Assembly: GCA_036782195.1 (NCBI GenBank)
Contig: DAIPZN010000070.1
Span: 1 to 23,418, forward strand
From: Cyclobacteriaceae bacterium
GTDB lineage: Bacteria; Bacteroidota; Bacteroidia; Cytophagales; Cyclobacteriaceae
DNA: 23,418 nucleotides
Reading direction: 5' to 3'
Shown here in pieces: positions 1 to 8,173 of the stretch; the first letter of the stretch is position 1, and each line of letters starts with the position of its first letter. The notes under the pieces were generated by a model. The model was given only the letters and a program-made list of their open reading frames with translations, ran no database searches and had not been told where the DNA came from. The translations under genes and the position numbers were made by a program.

Positions 1-112
1 ATTATAAAACGCATCTTTTATGAAATAAAAGAAATAAAAAAAAAAATATCAATGAATGCTTTAGTAGGTAAAAATAACCTAAATTAGCCAAGGTTATTTA
101 TGCTTGTCACCC

Positions 113-679
113 ATGGAATTTATAATTGACGCTCCACCCCTTTTGAAGGTGTTTTGGTTTATCGCCATGCCCGCTTCATTGATTTTTCTTATTCAATCTA
201 TTATGACATTTGTTGGCTTAGATGGCAGCGATGGCTTGCAAGCGGATTTTGAAAGTGATTTAGAAGTAGCCCAAGGTGGTTCTCATATTTTTACTTTAAG
301 AAACCTCATTGCATTTTTATTAGGCTTTAGTTGGACTGGCATTTCCTTATTTGAATTCCTGGCAAACCCTGGGGTATTGATTGCCGCATCAGTTGCTGTA
401 GGCTTGAGTTTTGTTTTGCTGTATTTCTACATAATAAAAAAACTTCAGCAACTGGCGGAAGACAACACCTTCGATATCAAACATGCCATTGGCAAAAGCG
501 CAGAAGTTTATTTAATGATCCCTGCCCACACCTCAGGTAAAGGACTTGTTCAGGTAAGTGTCAATGGGACTTACAAAGAATTAAAGGCCATTACCAAAGG
601 CTCAGCTATTCCATCAGGAAGTATTGTTAAAATCACAGACATAACATCTGACAACATCCTTTTAGTAGAATCTATCTGA
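113..679 (+). CDS. NfeD-like (short form, YuaF-like) membrane protein. The N-terminal part has predicted TM helices and the C-terminal part is a soluble beta-rich domain. It is the likely partner of the downstream flotillin.
   Basis: The ORF track starts at TTG 104, but the first ATG is at 113 (MEFIID...). The protein has hydrophobic stretches (LLKVFWFIAMPASLIFLIQSIMTFVGL and LIAFLLGFSWTGISLFEFLANPGVLIAASVAVGLSFVLLYFYII), followed by a C-terminal domain (GLVQVSVNGTYKELKAITKGSAIPSGSIVKITDI) typical of the NfeD OB-fold. The stop at 677-679 lies 8 nt before the flotillin start, as in NfeD/SPFH operons. Confidence 0.6.
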   Translation: MEFIIDAPPLLKVFWFIAMPASLIFLIQSIMTFVGLDGSDGLQADFESDLEVAQGGSHIFTLRNLIAFLLGFSWTGISLFEFLANPGVLIAASVAVGLSFVLLYFYIIKKLQQLAEDNTFDIKHAIGKSAEVYLMIPAHTSGKGLVQVSVNGTYKELKAITKGSAIPSGSIVKITDITSDNILLVESI

Positions 680-687
680 ATTTGCTT

Positions 688-2193
688 ATGACTCCTATTT
701 ACATCATTGTCGTCGCGGTCATTGTATTTTTTGTGACTGTTGCATCCCTTGTATCACGTTATAAAAGATGTCCTTCTGACAAAATCCTAGTAGTATACGG
801 ACGTACAGGAGGCACATCTGCCAAGTGTATCCATGGTGGCGGTTCATTTATCTGGCCAGTAATTCAAGATTTTGCCTATCTCGATCTTAAACCTATTTCC
901 ATTGAGGCCAATTTGACAAATGCACTGAGTAGACAAAATATCAGGGTAGATGTGCCATGTAGGTTTACCATAGCCATATCCACAGATGCTGATAGCATGG
1001 GAAATGCTGCTGAAAGACTGTTGGGTCTTGCACCAGACCAAATTCAGGAACTTTCGAAGGATATCCTTTTTGGACAACTTCGTTTGGTCATCGCCACTAT
1101 GACCATAGAAGAAATCAATTCTGACAGGGACAAGTTTTTGGATAATATTTCGAAAAACGTAGACACAGAACTTAAAAAGATCGGTTTGAAATTGATCAAC
1201 GTCAACGTAACTGACATCAAAGATGAGTCAGGGTATATTGAGGCCCTTGGAAAAGAAGCCGCTGCTAAAGCTATAAATGAAGCGAAAATATCTGTAGCTG
1301 AGCAGGAAAAAATAGGAGAAACAGGCAAAGCTATAGCTGACAGGGAAAGAGATGTCCAAATTGCAGACACCCATAGAGACCGGGATGTTAAAATAGCTGT
1401 GACAAATAAATCCAGAGAAATCAGCATTGCAGAAGCATATAAAGATGAGTCTATTGGCAAAGCTGAAGCGGAAAGAGACACTAGAGTAAAAATTTCTGAA
1501 GCAAACGCATTGGCTGTAAAAGGAGAAAATGAGGCTAAAATTTCCATTGCGCAATCAGATGCATTGAGAAGAGAGAAAGAAGCTGAATCCTTGAGGATTG
1601 CTCTTGCAGCAGAAAAAGTACAATCTGCAAAAGCATTGGAAGAATCCTACCTTGCAGAACAAAAAGCAGAAGCTGCAAGATCTGAAAGAGAAAGGTCCAC
1701 GCAATTTGCCAACATTGTAGTTCCTTCGGAAATAGCCAGACAAAAAGCCATCATTGAAGCCCAGGCAGAAGCCGAAAGAATCCGGGTGCAGGCAAAAGGT
1801 GAGGCTGATGCCATTTTTGCAAAAATGGATGCTGAAGCGAAAGGTTTGTACGAGATTTTGACCAAACAAGCGGAAGGATACAAACAAGTGGTGGATGCTG
1901 CAGGTGGGGACCCTAACAAAGCATTCCAGCTTTTGCTTATTGAAAAATTACCAGAGCTTGTCAAAACCCAAGTTGAGGCCGTCAAAAACATCAAAATCGA
2001 TAAAGTTACTGTCTGGGATAGCGGTCAGTCACAAGGGGAAAATAATTCCACCGCCAATTTCGTTTCAGGATTAATGAAATCTGTACCTCCTCTAAATGAT
2101 TTGTTTGAAATGGCGGGATTGAACCTGCCATCATACCTCAAAGGACCTGAATCTCAAAAAAATGATGATCAGCAAGCCCAAGAGCTAGGATAA
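688..2193 (+). CDS. Flotillin-like SPFH/band-7 domain protein (YqiK/FloT family). It has an N-terminal TM anchor and a long EA/K-rich coiled-coil region.
   Basis: The N-terminus has one TM helix (IYIIVVAVIVFFVTVASLV), then an SPFH-like core (KILVVYGRTGG...GGSFIWPVIQDFAYLDLKPISIEANL...IRVDVPCRFTIAIS). This is followed by about 250 aa of Ala/Glu/Lys-rich heptad-like repeats (AEAERDTRVKISEANALAVKGENEAKISIAQSDALRREKEAESLRIALAAEKVQ...) and a flotillin C-terminal region. The ORF track starts at TTG 682, but the first ATG is at 688. Confidence 0.8.
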   Translation: MTPIYIIVVAVIVFFVTVASLVSRYKRCPSDKILVVYGRTGGTSAKCIHGGGSFIWPVIQDFAYLDLKPISIEANLTNALSRQNIRVDVPCRFTIAISTDADSMGNAAERLLGLAPDQIQELSKDILFGQLRLVIATMTIEEINSDRDKFLDNISKNVDTELKKIGLKLINVNVTDIKDESGYIEALGKEAAAKAINEAKISVAEQEKIGETGKAIADRERDVQIADTHRDRDVKIAVTNKSREISIAEAYKDESIGKAEAERDTRVKISEANALAVKGENEAKISIAQSDALRREKEAESLRIALAAEKVQSAKALEESYLAEQKAEAARSERERSTQFANIVVPSEIARQKAIIEAQAEAERIRVQAKGEADAIFAKMDAEAKGLYEILTKQAEGYKQVVDAAGGDPNKAFQLLLIEKLPELVKTQVEAVKNIKIDKVTVWDSGQSQGENNSTANFVSGLMKSVPPLNDLFEMAGLNLPSYLKGPESQKNDDQQAQELG

Positions 2194-2249
2194 TCTCAAA
2201 ATCAATGACTAGAAGCATGCATTAAAAATGCATATCTTTAAATTTGATT

Positions 2250-2582
2250 ATGAAAAGAACATATTGCTTTACGCTTGACTTGATAAATGATCCTGAAAAA
2301 ATTGCTGCCTATGAAGCGCACCACAGAGCCATTTGGCCGGAAGTAAAAGCTTCTATATTAGAAGCAGGAATTCTTAGCATGGATATTTATAGATGGCAAG
2401 ACCGTTTGATGATGTTGATGGAAGTAGATGAAGGTTTTACATTTGAAAAAAAAACCGCCATTGATCTCAACAATCCAATTGTACAAAAATGGGAGAAGCT
2501 CATGTCAACTTTTCAAAAACCGCCAAAAGGTTATTCAGGAGAAGATAAATGGGTGAGGATGGATCAAATCTTTGAACTATAA
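2250..2582 (+). CDS. L-rhamnose mutarotase family protein (RhaM/YiiL-like, about 110 aa).
   Basis: The translation MKRTYCFTLDL...YEAHHRAIWPEV...GILSMDIYRWQDRLMMLMEVDE...IVQKWEKLMSTFQKPP...KWVRMDQIFEL aligns by eye with E. coli YiiL/RhaM (MIRKAFVMQV...YQRRHNPIWPEL...NYAIYL...LFAMVEIE...CQRWWKYMTDVMP...ELQEVFYL). The track start is TTG 2244; the in-frame ATG is at 2250. Confidence 0.6.
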   Translation: MKRTYCFTLDLINDPEKIAAYEAHHRAIWPEVKASILEAGILSMDIYRWQDRLMMLMEVDEGFTFEKKTAIDLNNPIVQKWEKLMSTFQKPPKGYSGEDKWVRMDQIFEL

Positions 2583-2700
2583 GGAATTACTACCTTCATA
2601 TCCTTAATTAATAATCAGTACGAACATATCTAACCGCTTTGGACAAGGAGGTTAGCAAGAAATTTGTTACTTTTGAATTAAACCCTTTTGCGATATTGCT

Positions 2701-3054
2701 GTGCCTTACAAAGAAAAAGAAATAGAGAAGAAATATTTCTCCATTGGAGAAGTTGCCGCAATTTTTAAAGTGGCTCCTTCACTGATCCGATATTGGGAGG
2801 GGGAATTTGACACGATCAGACCCAAAAAAGATAAAAAAGGAAATCGAAGATTTACCAAAGATGATATTGAAAAAATCCGGTATATCTATCATTTGGTCAA
2901 AATCAAAGGGTTCACCTTACAAGGAGCCCAAGAAGTCCTGAAAAAAGATGCGCATCAGGTGTATGACAAAGCCGCAATGGTAGACAGACTACATCAGATC
3001 AAAAAGTTTTTATTGGAAATCAGGGAATCCCTAAATGTCAAATCAGAACAGTGA
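2701..3054 (+). CDS. MerR-family HTH transcriptional regulator, small (117 aa).
   Basis: An N-terminal MerR-type HTH is present (YFSIGEVAAIFKVAPSLIRYWEGEFDTIRPKKDKKGNRRFTKDDIEKIRYIYHLVKIKGFTLQGAQ), followed by a short helical tail. The start is GTG at 2701; alternative in-frame starts are TTG 2689 or ATT 2695, since an upstream stop lies at 2674. The 3' end overlaps the dprA start by 20 nt. Confidence 0.6.
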   Translation: MPYKEKEIEKKYFSIGEVAAIFKVAPSLIRYWEGEFDTIRPKKDKKGNRRFTKDDIEKIRYIYHLVKIKGFTLQGAQEVLKKDAHQVYDKAAMVDRLHQIKKFLLEIRESLNVKSEQ

Positions 3055-4162
3055 ACAACTTCTTTACGCTCTGGCGCTAAGCCAAATTCCTCAGATTGGA
3101 CCATCGGCTTTCCGAAATATATTGGCTTACACTGGATCCTTACAGTCATTTTTCAAACTTCCCGCAGGCAAAGCCGCCAAAATCCCCAGAATTACCCCCA
3201 AACTGCTTCAGTATCGGTCTGAAATTAATGCTTATCTAAAGGAAGCTGAGCAAATCATCCACAAATGTGAAAAAGAAGACATTAGGATAATCTGTCTGGC
3301 AGATGTGGAATACCCTCACAGGTTAAAGTCTCTGGATGATTGCCCGATAATCATTTATGTCAAGGGAAATGTGAATCTCAATCCTGCCAGATCAGTTGGG
3401 GTGGTCGGTACAAGAAACGCCACCGAGTACGGTAAGACAATCACAAGAAAAATAATTGAAGATCTTGCTCCTTATCACCCGTCTATCATCAGTGGACTTG
3501 CTTATGGTATAGATATAGAAGCACATAGGTCAGCACTTCAACAGGATTTGCCTACCATTGGAGTTTTGGGAAGTGCAGTCAATCAAATTTATCCTTCTGC
3601 CCACAAAAACACCGCAGTTTCAATGCTGGAAAATGGAGGGTTGGTGAGTGAATACCTGCCTGGAAGCACCATGCATCCTATGAATTTCCCAAAAAGAAAC
3701 AGAATAATTGCTGGCCTTTCAGATGCGCTAATCGTAGTGGAAGCAGCACAAAAAGGTGGTGCTTTGATCACTGCCGAAATCGCCTATAGCTATAATAAGG
3801 AAGTTTTCGCCGTGCCTGGCAACCTTCAGTCTGCTTTTAGTGAGGGATGTAACAACCTAATCAAGAGCATGAAAGCGGCAATCTACACAGGCCCTAAGGA
3901 CCTTGAAGAAGTACTGTCTTGGTCCAAAACTAATGGTGAAGAGACATTGGAAACATTTATGGATTTAGAATCCAAATTCGATAGGGAAGAAATAGAAATC
4001 CTCAAATTGATGAAGCAACTTGGTGAAGTTGATATCGACCATCTTGCTTATAGTATACAGACTCCACTTTCTACCTTAGCCTCCAAACTTTTGAATCTAG
4101 AATTTGAAGGATATATCAGTGCTCTTCCAGGAAAGAAATATAAGTTGAAAAAGAAAGTATAA
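3035..4162 (+). CDS. dprA: DNA-processing protein A (DprA/Smf), RecA-loading protein for single-stranded DNA.
   Basis: The DprA Rossmann-fold signature is present (VGVVGTRNATEYGKTITRKIIEDLAPYHPSIISGLAYGIDIEAHRSAL ... LSDALIVVEAAQKGGALITAEIAYSYNKEVFAVPG), together with a C-terminal winged-helix-like tail. The ATG is at 3035. Confidence 0.85.
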   Translation: MSNQNSEQLLYALALSQIPQIGPSAFRNILAYTGSLQSFFKLPAGKAAKIPRITPKLLQYRSEINAYLKEAEQIIHKCEKEDIRIICLADVEYPHRLKSLDDCPIIIYVKGNVNLNPARSVGVVGTRNATEYGKTITRKIIEDLAPYHPSIISGLAYGIDIEAHRSALQQDLPTIGVLGSAVNQIYPSAHKNTAVSMLENGGLVSEYLPGSTMHPMNFPKRNRIIAGLSDALIVVEAAQKGGALITAEIAYSYNKEVFAVPGNLQSAFSEGCNNLIKSMKAAIYTGPKDLEEVLSWSKTNGEETLETFMDLESKFDREEIEILKLMKQLGEVDIDHLAYSIQTPLSTLASKLLNLEFEGYISALPGKKYKLKKKV

Positions 4163-4175
4163 GCAAATAAAAAAA

Positions 4176-4197
4176 CCCCGGTTGACGGGGTTTTTTT
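4176..4197. terminator. Rho-independent terminator hairpin (CCCCG-GTTGA-CGGGG), flanked by an A-run on one side and a T-run on the other. It is probably bidirectional, serving dprA (+) and ffh (-).
   Basis: The sequence is aaaaaaCCCCGgttgaCGGGGttttttt. It sits between the dprA stop (4162) and the ffh stop (4207). Confidence 0.6.
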
Positions 4198-4206
4198 GTC
4201 ATTTTA

Positions 4207-5544
4207 TTATCTTCTACCTGGTCTGGGCATCATGTTGCCTAATGCTTTTTGTGCGCCTCCCATCTTATTCATCTGCTTCATCATTTTGCGCATGTCTCCA
4301 AATTGTTTCATCAGATTATTGACTTCTACAATTGTTCTTCCGCTACCATTGGCAATTCGTTTTTTCCTGTTACCATCGATAATGTCAGGGTTTTCTCTTT
4401 CTGAAGGCGTCATGCTTCGGATAATGGCTTCAATAGGTTTAAAAGAATCGTCATCTATATCAATCCCTTTCATTGCTTTACCCATTCCCGGAATCATGCC
4501 TACAAGATCTTTTATGTTACCCATCTTTTTGATCTGTTCCAACTGGGAAAGGAAATCATCAAAATTAAACTGGTTCTTCCTGATCTTCGCATTGATCCTC
4601 TTGGCTTCTTCTTCATCAAATGACTGCTGTGCTCTTTCAACCAAAGAGATCACATCACCCATGCCTAGAATCCTTTGTGCCATCCTGTCTGGATGGAACA
4701 CATCCAGGTTTTCCATTTTTTCACCTGTAGAGATGAATTTGATAGGCTTATTTACAATGTGCCTAATGGAAATAGCAGCACCACCCCTGGTATCACCGTC
4801 CAATTTGGTCAGGACTACCCCATCAAAATTCAGACGCTCATCAAAAGTTTTGGCGGTATTGACAGCATCTTGACCAGTCATGGAATCGACTACAAATAAT
4901 GTTTCCGATGGGTTCAAAGCTTTTTTAAGCTCTTCTATCTCTTTCATCATTTGTTCGTCTACTGCAAGACGACCGGCAGTATCTACTATGACTATTTTCT
5001 TGCCGTTTTTCTTGGCAAAATCGAGTGCGTTTTGGGCAATCTGAAGGGCGTTTTTGTTTTCCGGCTCCGCATAGACATCTACCCCAATCTGTTCACCTAA
5101 GACTTTTAATTGGTCAATAGCAGCTGGTCTATAAATATCACAGGCCACTAGCAAAACTTGTCTACCTTGCTTCTTAAGGTAACTGGCAAATTTTCCGGAA
5201 AAAGTAGTCTTACCAGATCCTTGAAGACCTGAAATCAAGATTATAGCAGGGTCACCCTTGATATTGATATCAGCTTTTGTCCCGCCCATCAACTTGGTCA
5301 GTTCCTCCTGTGTAATCTTTACCAATAACTGACCGGGAGAAACTGCAATCAATACATCCCTTCCAAGCGCCTGCTCTTTGATTGTATCTGTGACTTCCTT
5401 GGCAACTTTATAATTGACATCGGCATCAATGAGCGCACGACGGATTTCTTTGACCGTAGTTGCAACATTGATTTCGGTAATTTTACCTGTACCCTTAAGG
5501 GTTCTAAAAGCTCTATCTAATTTGGAACTGAGATTATCAAACAT
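4207..5544 (-). CDS. ffh: Signal recognition particle protein Ffh (SRP54 homologue).
   Basis: The protein begins MFDNLSSKLDRAFRTLKGTGKITEINVA and has the SRP54 NG domain with GTPase motifs (GLQGSGKTTFSGK, DTAGR, TKLDGD). The C-terminal M domain is Met-rich (MMKQMNKMGGAQKALGNMMP). Confidence 0.95.
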   Translation of the reverse strand: MFDNLSSKLDRAFRTLKGTGKITEINVATTVKEIRRALIDADVNYKVAKEVTDTIKEQALGRDVLIAVSPGQLLVKITQEELTKLMGGTKADINIKGDPAIILISGLQGSGKTTFSGKFASYLKKQGRQVLLVACDIYRPAAIDQLKVLGEQIGVDVYAEPENKNALQIAQNALDFAKKNGKKIVIVDTAGRLAVDEQMMKEIEELKKALNPSETLFVVDSMTGQDAVNTAKTFDERLNFDGVVLTKLDGDTRGGAAISIRHIVNKPIKFISTGEKMENLDVFHPDRMAQRILGMGDVISLVERAQQSFDEEEAKRINAKIRKNQFNFDDFLSQLEQIKKMGNIKDLVGMIPGMGKAMKGIDIDDDSFKPIEAIIRSMTPSERENPDIIDGNRKKRIANGSGRTIVEVNNLMKQFGDMRKMMKQMNKMGGAQKALGNMMPRPGRR

Positions 5545-5564
5545 CTGTCAAATTCTAATTTTTG

Positions 5565-5572
5565 CAAAAATA
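5565..5572 (-). promoter_or_regulatory. Candidate Bacteroidota-type -7 promoter element (TAnnTTTG) for ffh.
   Basis: The minus strand reads TATTTTTG about 20 nt upstream of the ffh ATG. The call rests on a motif match only. Confidence 0.25.
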
Positions 5573-5718
5573 TAAAATAAATCCGTAAATGGCCCCGATC
5601 AGTTAGGAAATGCTGTTTCAGCTTTTCCATATTTCATCTGCATCCATGGAATGTAGGTTTCAAGTATTGTTTGTGAAACCAATCCTGTTTTGCCATATCT
5701 AAAGGTAATTTTTTTAAT

Positions 5719-8172
5719 TTGCATCCCAACTTAAAAATGGATAAACACCGCATGAAGTTAAATTATAAAAAGGATGTAATCCCCCACTTGATCGGAATAG
5801 CGATTTTTTACCTGATTGTTTTATTTTATTTTTCACCTGCTGTGTTTGATGGCAAAATATTGTTTCAATATGACATCATTCAGTGGGAAGGAGGTGCTAA
5901 AGAAATCTTGGATCATCGCAAAGAAACAGGAAATCAAGCACTTTGGGCAGGAAGGTTGTTCGGCGGAATGCCTGCCTATCTCGTGAGTATGGAAATCCCT
6001 GGAGACATCACCAATCTCTTGACTAAAATCATCACACTTGGACTCCCCCATCCTGTCAATTCTTTATTTTTTGGTATGGTAGCGATGTATATCCTACTGC
6101 TGAGCTTTAAGGTGAGACCTGAATTCTCCATTGCTGGAGCCATTGCTTTTGCCTTCAATACCTTTCATGTCATCAGCTTGGATGCTGGACATAGTGCTAA
6201 AATCTGGGCCATTTGTCTTATCCCTTTGATTTTGGCAGGGATACATTTAACTATTCAGGGCAAACGGCTTTTAGGAGTCGCTCTATTTGCCTTTGGCATG
6301 ATGCTCCAATTGAAATTCAATCACCTTCAGATTACCTACTATACTGCATTGATTGTACTTATTTATGGAATTGGACAATTGATCTCTTCATATAGAGCAA
6401 AGGCGCTTGTAAGTTTCGGCAAAGGAATCGTTTTTTTGGTGCTGGGGCTTACCCTTGCACTTGGCGCAAATTTGAGCAGGTTTCTTACAGTGCTAGAATA
6501 CAGCACTTATTCCACAAGAGGATCCTCAAATATCCCCACTCAAGGTTCAGCTGATGAAGGTCTTGATAAGGCTTATGCATTTAATTGGTCTCAAGGGAAA
6601 TTAGAAACACTCACTTTGCTTATTCCTTATCTTTATGGAGGAGCAAGTGTAGAACCTTTGCCCAAAGGTTCAAATTCCGAACAGGTGCTCACCCAAAACG
6701 GTGTGGAATATGCCCAAATCCAAGGCTTTATCAACAGGGCAAATACTTATTGGGGAGAGCAACCTGGGACAGGTGGGCCGATTTATGGTGGAGCCATCAT
6801 GTTGTTCTTGTTTGTTGTAGGATTATTTTATGCTCCCAAAAAATATCGTGTAATTTTTTCAGCAATAACTTTATTGTCTATTATGCTTGCCTGGGGAAGT
6901 AACTTGCAATGGTTCAATTATACGCTTTTTGATTTGATGCCTGGGTACAACAAGTTCAGGGCTGTCACCATGGCTTTATGCATGACATTGTTTGCCATTC
7001 CGGTACTAGGAAGCTTAGGGCTGGAACATTTTTTCAGAAGTAATACAGCAAATCCTTTTCAAAAGAACATGTTGATCGCGCTTGGAAGTACAGCAGGTCT
7101 TGCGCTTCTCTTTGTGGTGTTTGCAGACATGTTTGGCTTCAGGGGTGCCGTAGATACAAATTTTCCAGATTGGTTGATTGATGCAATTAGAGAGGACCGG
7201 AAATCCATGCTAAGGAGTAGTGGGATCAAGGCTCTTATCTTTATCATTTTGGCTTTTGGATTTATCTGGGCTGCTGTAAAAAAACATATCAGTACCAAAG
7301 TAGTTGGTCTGGGGTTGGCAGTATTGCTGGTTGTAGATCTTTGGAGTATCAACAAGAGGTACCTTGACGATGATGACTTTCAGGAAAATCCTTCCCAACA
7401 ATACTTTGCTCAGACTCCTGCTGATAAGGCCATTCTCCGTGACAAAGGATATTTTCGGGTGTTAAATCTGAAAGATCCATTTAACGAAGCTCGAACTAGT
7501 TATTATTTCAACAGCTTAGGTGGCTATCATGGTGCGAAAATGAAGCGCTATCAAGAATTGATTGAACAAGTATTGTATCCGGAAATCCAGTCATTTATTG
7601 AAAACGCACAGGAAGGCAACTTTACTTGGGAAGAGCTCAATGCCATCAATATGCTCAATACCAAATACCTGATAGCTGGACAAACTGAAAATGCAGTATT
7701 TGAAAATCCTGAGGCCAACGGACATGGCTGGTTCCCTTCAAATATTGTCGAGGTAAATGATAATTTACAGGAAATCAACGAGCTGAAATCCCTAAATACA
7801 AAAGTCAATGCTACAGTTAATGTTAAGGAGTTTGGAGAGGTAAAAAGCGGTTCTGGAAATGTACAGCTAGTCAAAAAAGAGGCAGATCAGCTCACCTATC
7901 AAGTTACTGCTGATGAGCCTGGTTTAGTGGTTTTTTCAGAAGTCCATTATCCTGAAGGATGGTTGACAGAGATCAATGGAGTAGAAGCCCCAATGATAAG
8001 AGTCAACTACCTATTAAGAGGTGTAGAAGTACCTGCAGGAGAATCTACAGTTTCCATGTCATTTAGACCGAAAAGTTATTACAGCTCAAAAAGTATTGTA
8101 GTTATCTTCCAATACCTAATCGTGGCTTTTGTCTGTTTCTCAATAGTCTTACCAGCGATCAAAAAAACATAA
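5719..8172 (+). CDS. YfhO-family polytopic membrane protein, a putative GT-C fold glycosyltransferase (817 aa).
   Basis: There are many TM helices across the first ~550 aa, a large C-terminal extracytoplasmic domain and a final TM helix (VVIFQYLIVAFVCFSIVL). The N-terminal region (FSPAVFDGKILFQYDIIQWEGGAKEILDHRKETGNQALWAGRLFGGMPAY) resembles the YfhO-family start. Size and topology match Bacteroidota YfhO-family proteins. The true start is uncertain; candidate ATGs are at 5719, 5737 and 5752. Confidence 0.55.
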   Translation: MHPNLKMDKHRMKLNYKKDVIPHLIGIAIFYLIVLFYFSPAVFDGKILFQYDIIQWEGGAKEILDHRKETGNQALWAGRLFGGMPAYLVSMEIPGDITNLLTKIITLGLPHPVNSLFFGMVAMYILLLSFKVRPEFSIAGAIAFAFNTFHVISLDAGHSAKIWAICLIPLILAGIHLTIQGKRLLGVALFAFGMMLQLKFNHLQITYYTALIVLIYGIGQLISSYRAKALVSFGKGIVFLVLGLTLALGANLSRFLTVLEYSTYSTRGSSNIPTQGSADEGLDKAYAFNWSQGKLETLTLLIPYLYGGASVEPLPKGSNSEQVLTQNGVEYAQIQGFINRANTYWGEQPGTGGPIYGGAIMLFLFVVGLFYAPKKYRVIFSAITLLSIMLAWGSNLQWFNYTLFDLMPGYNKFRAVTMALCMTLFAIPVLGSLGLEHFFRSNTANPFQKNMLIALGSTAGLALLFVVFADMFGFRGAVDTNFPDWLIDAIREDRKSMLRSSGIKALIFIILAFGFIWAAVKKHISTKVVGLGLAVLLVVDLWSINKRYLDDDDFQENPSQQYFAQTPADKAILRDKGYFRVLNLKDPFNEARTSYYFNSLGGYHGAKMKRYQELIEQVLYPEIQSFIENAQEGNFTWEELNAINMLNTKYLIAGQTENAVFENPEANGHGWFPSNIVEVNDNLQEINELKSLNTKVNATVNVKEFGEVKSGSGNVQLVKKEADQLTYQVTADEPGLVVFSEVHYPEGWLTEINGVEAPMIRVNYLLRGVEVPAGESTVSMSFRPKSYYSSKSIVVIFQYLIVAFVCFSIVLPAIKKT

Positions 8173-8173
8173 A

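Noticed and set aside
844-1994. Five antisense ORFs of 77-167 aa on the minus strand inside the flotillin gene (844-1077, 1044-1547, 1228-1554, 1555-1887, 1647-1994).
   Set aside because: They lie opposite a strongly supported SPFH/flotillin CDS. Their translations are low-complexity and Ser/Phe/Leu/Cys-rich, as expected from reading GAA/GCA/AAA-rich repeat codons in reverse. They are artefacts of the EA/K-rich coiled-coil region.
4196-4899. Plus-strand ORFs 4196-4873 (225 aa) and 4675-4899, antisense to ffh.
   Set aside because: They are entirely contained within the highly conserved ffh CDS. Their translations are hydrophobic and low-complexity with no recognisable motifs.
5606-5628. Hairpin GGAAA-t-GCTG-ttt-CAGC-t-TTTCC in the ffh/yfhO divergent region.
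   Set aside because: It is seen in the sequence, but it is short, has a T-T mismatch, and is not positioned at a gene end. It could be a 5'-UTR element of either gene, and there is no basis for a specific call.
5833-7874. Small ORFs of 60-107 aa inside or antisense to the YfhO-family gene (5833-6051, 5976-6158, 6213-6395, 6585-6902, 7059-7355, 7210-7401, 7551-7874).
   Set aside because: They are nested in a long, continuous, plausible membrane-protein CDS. None shows motifs, and several are Cys/Trp-rich, which is typical of out-of-frame noise.
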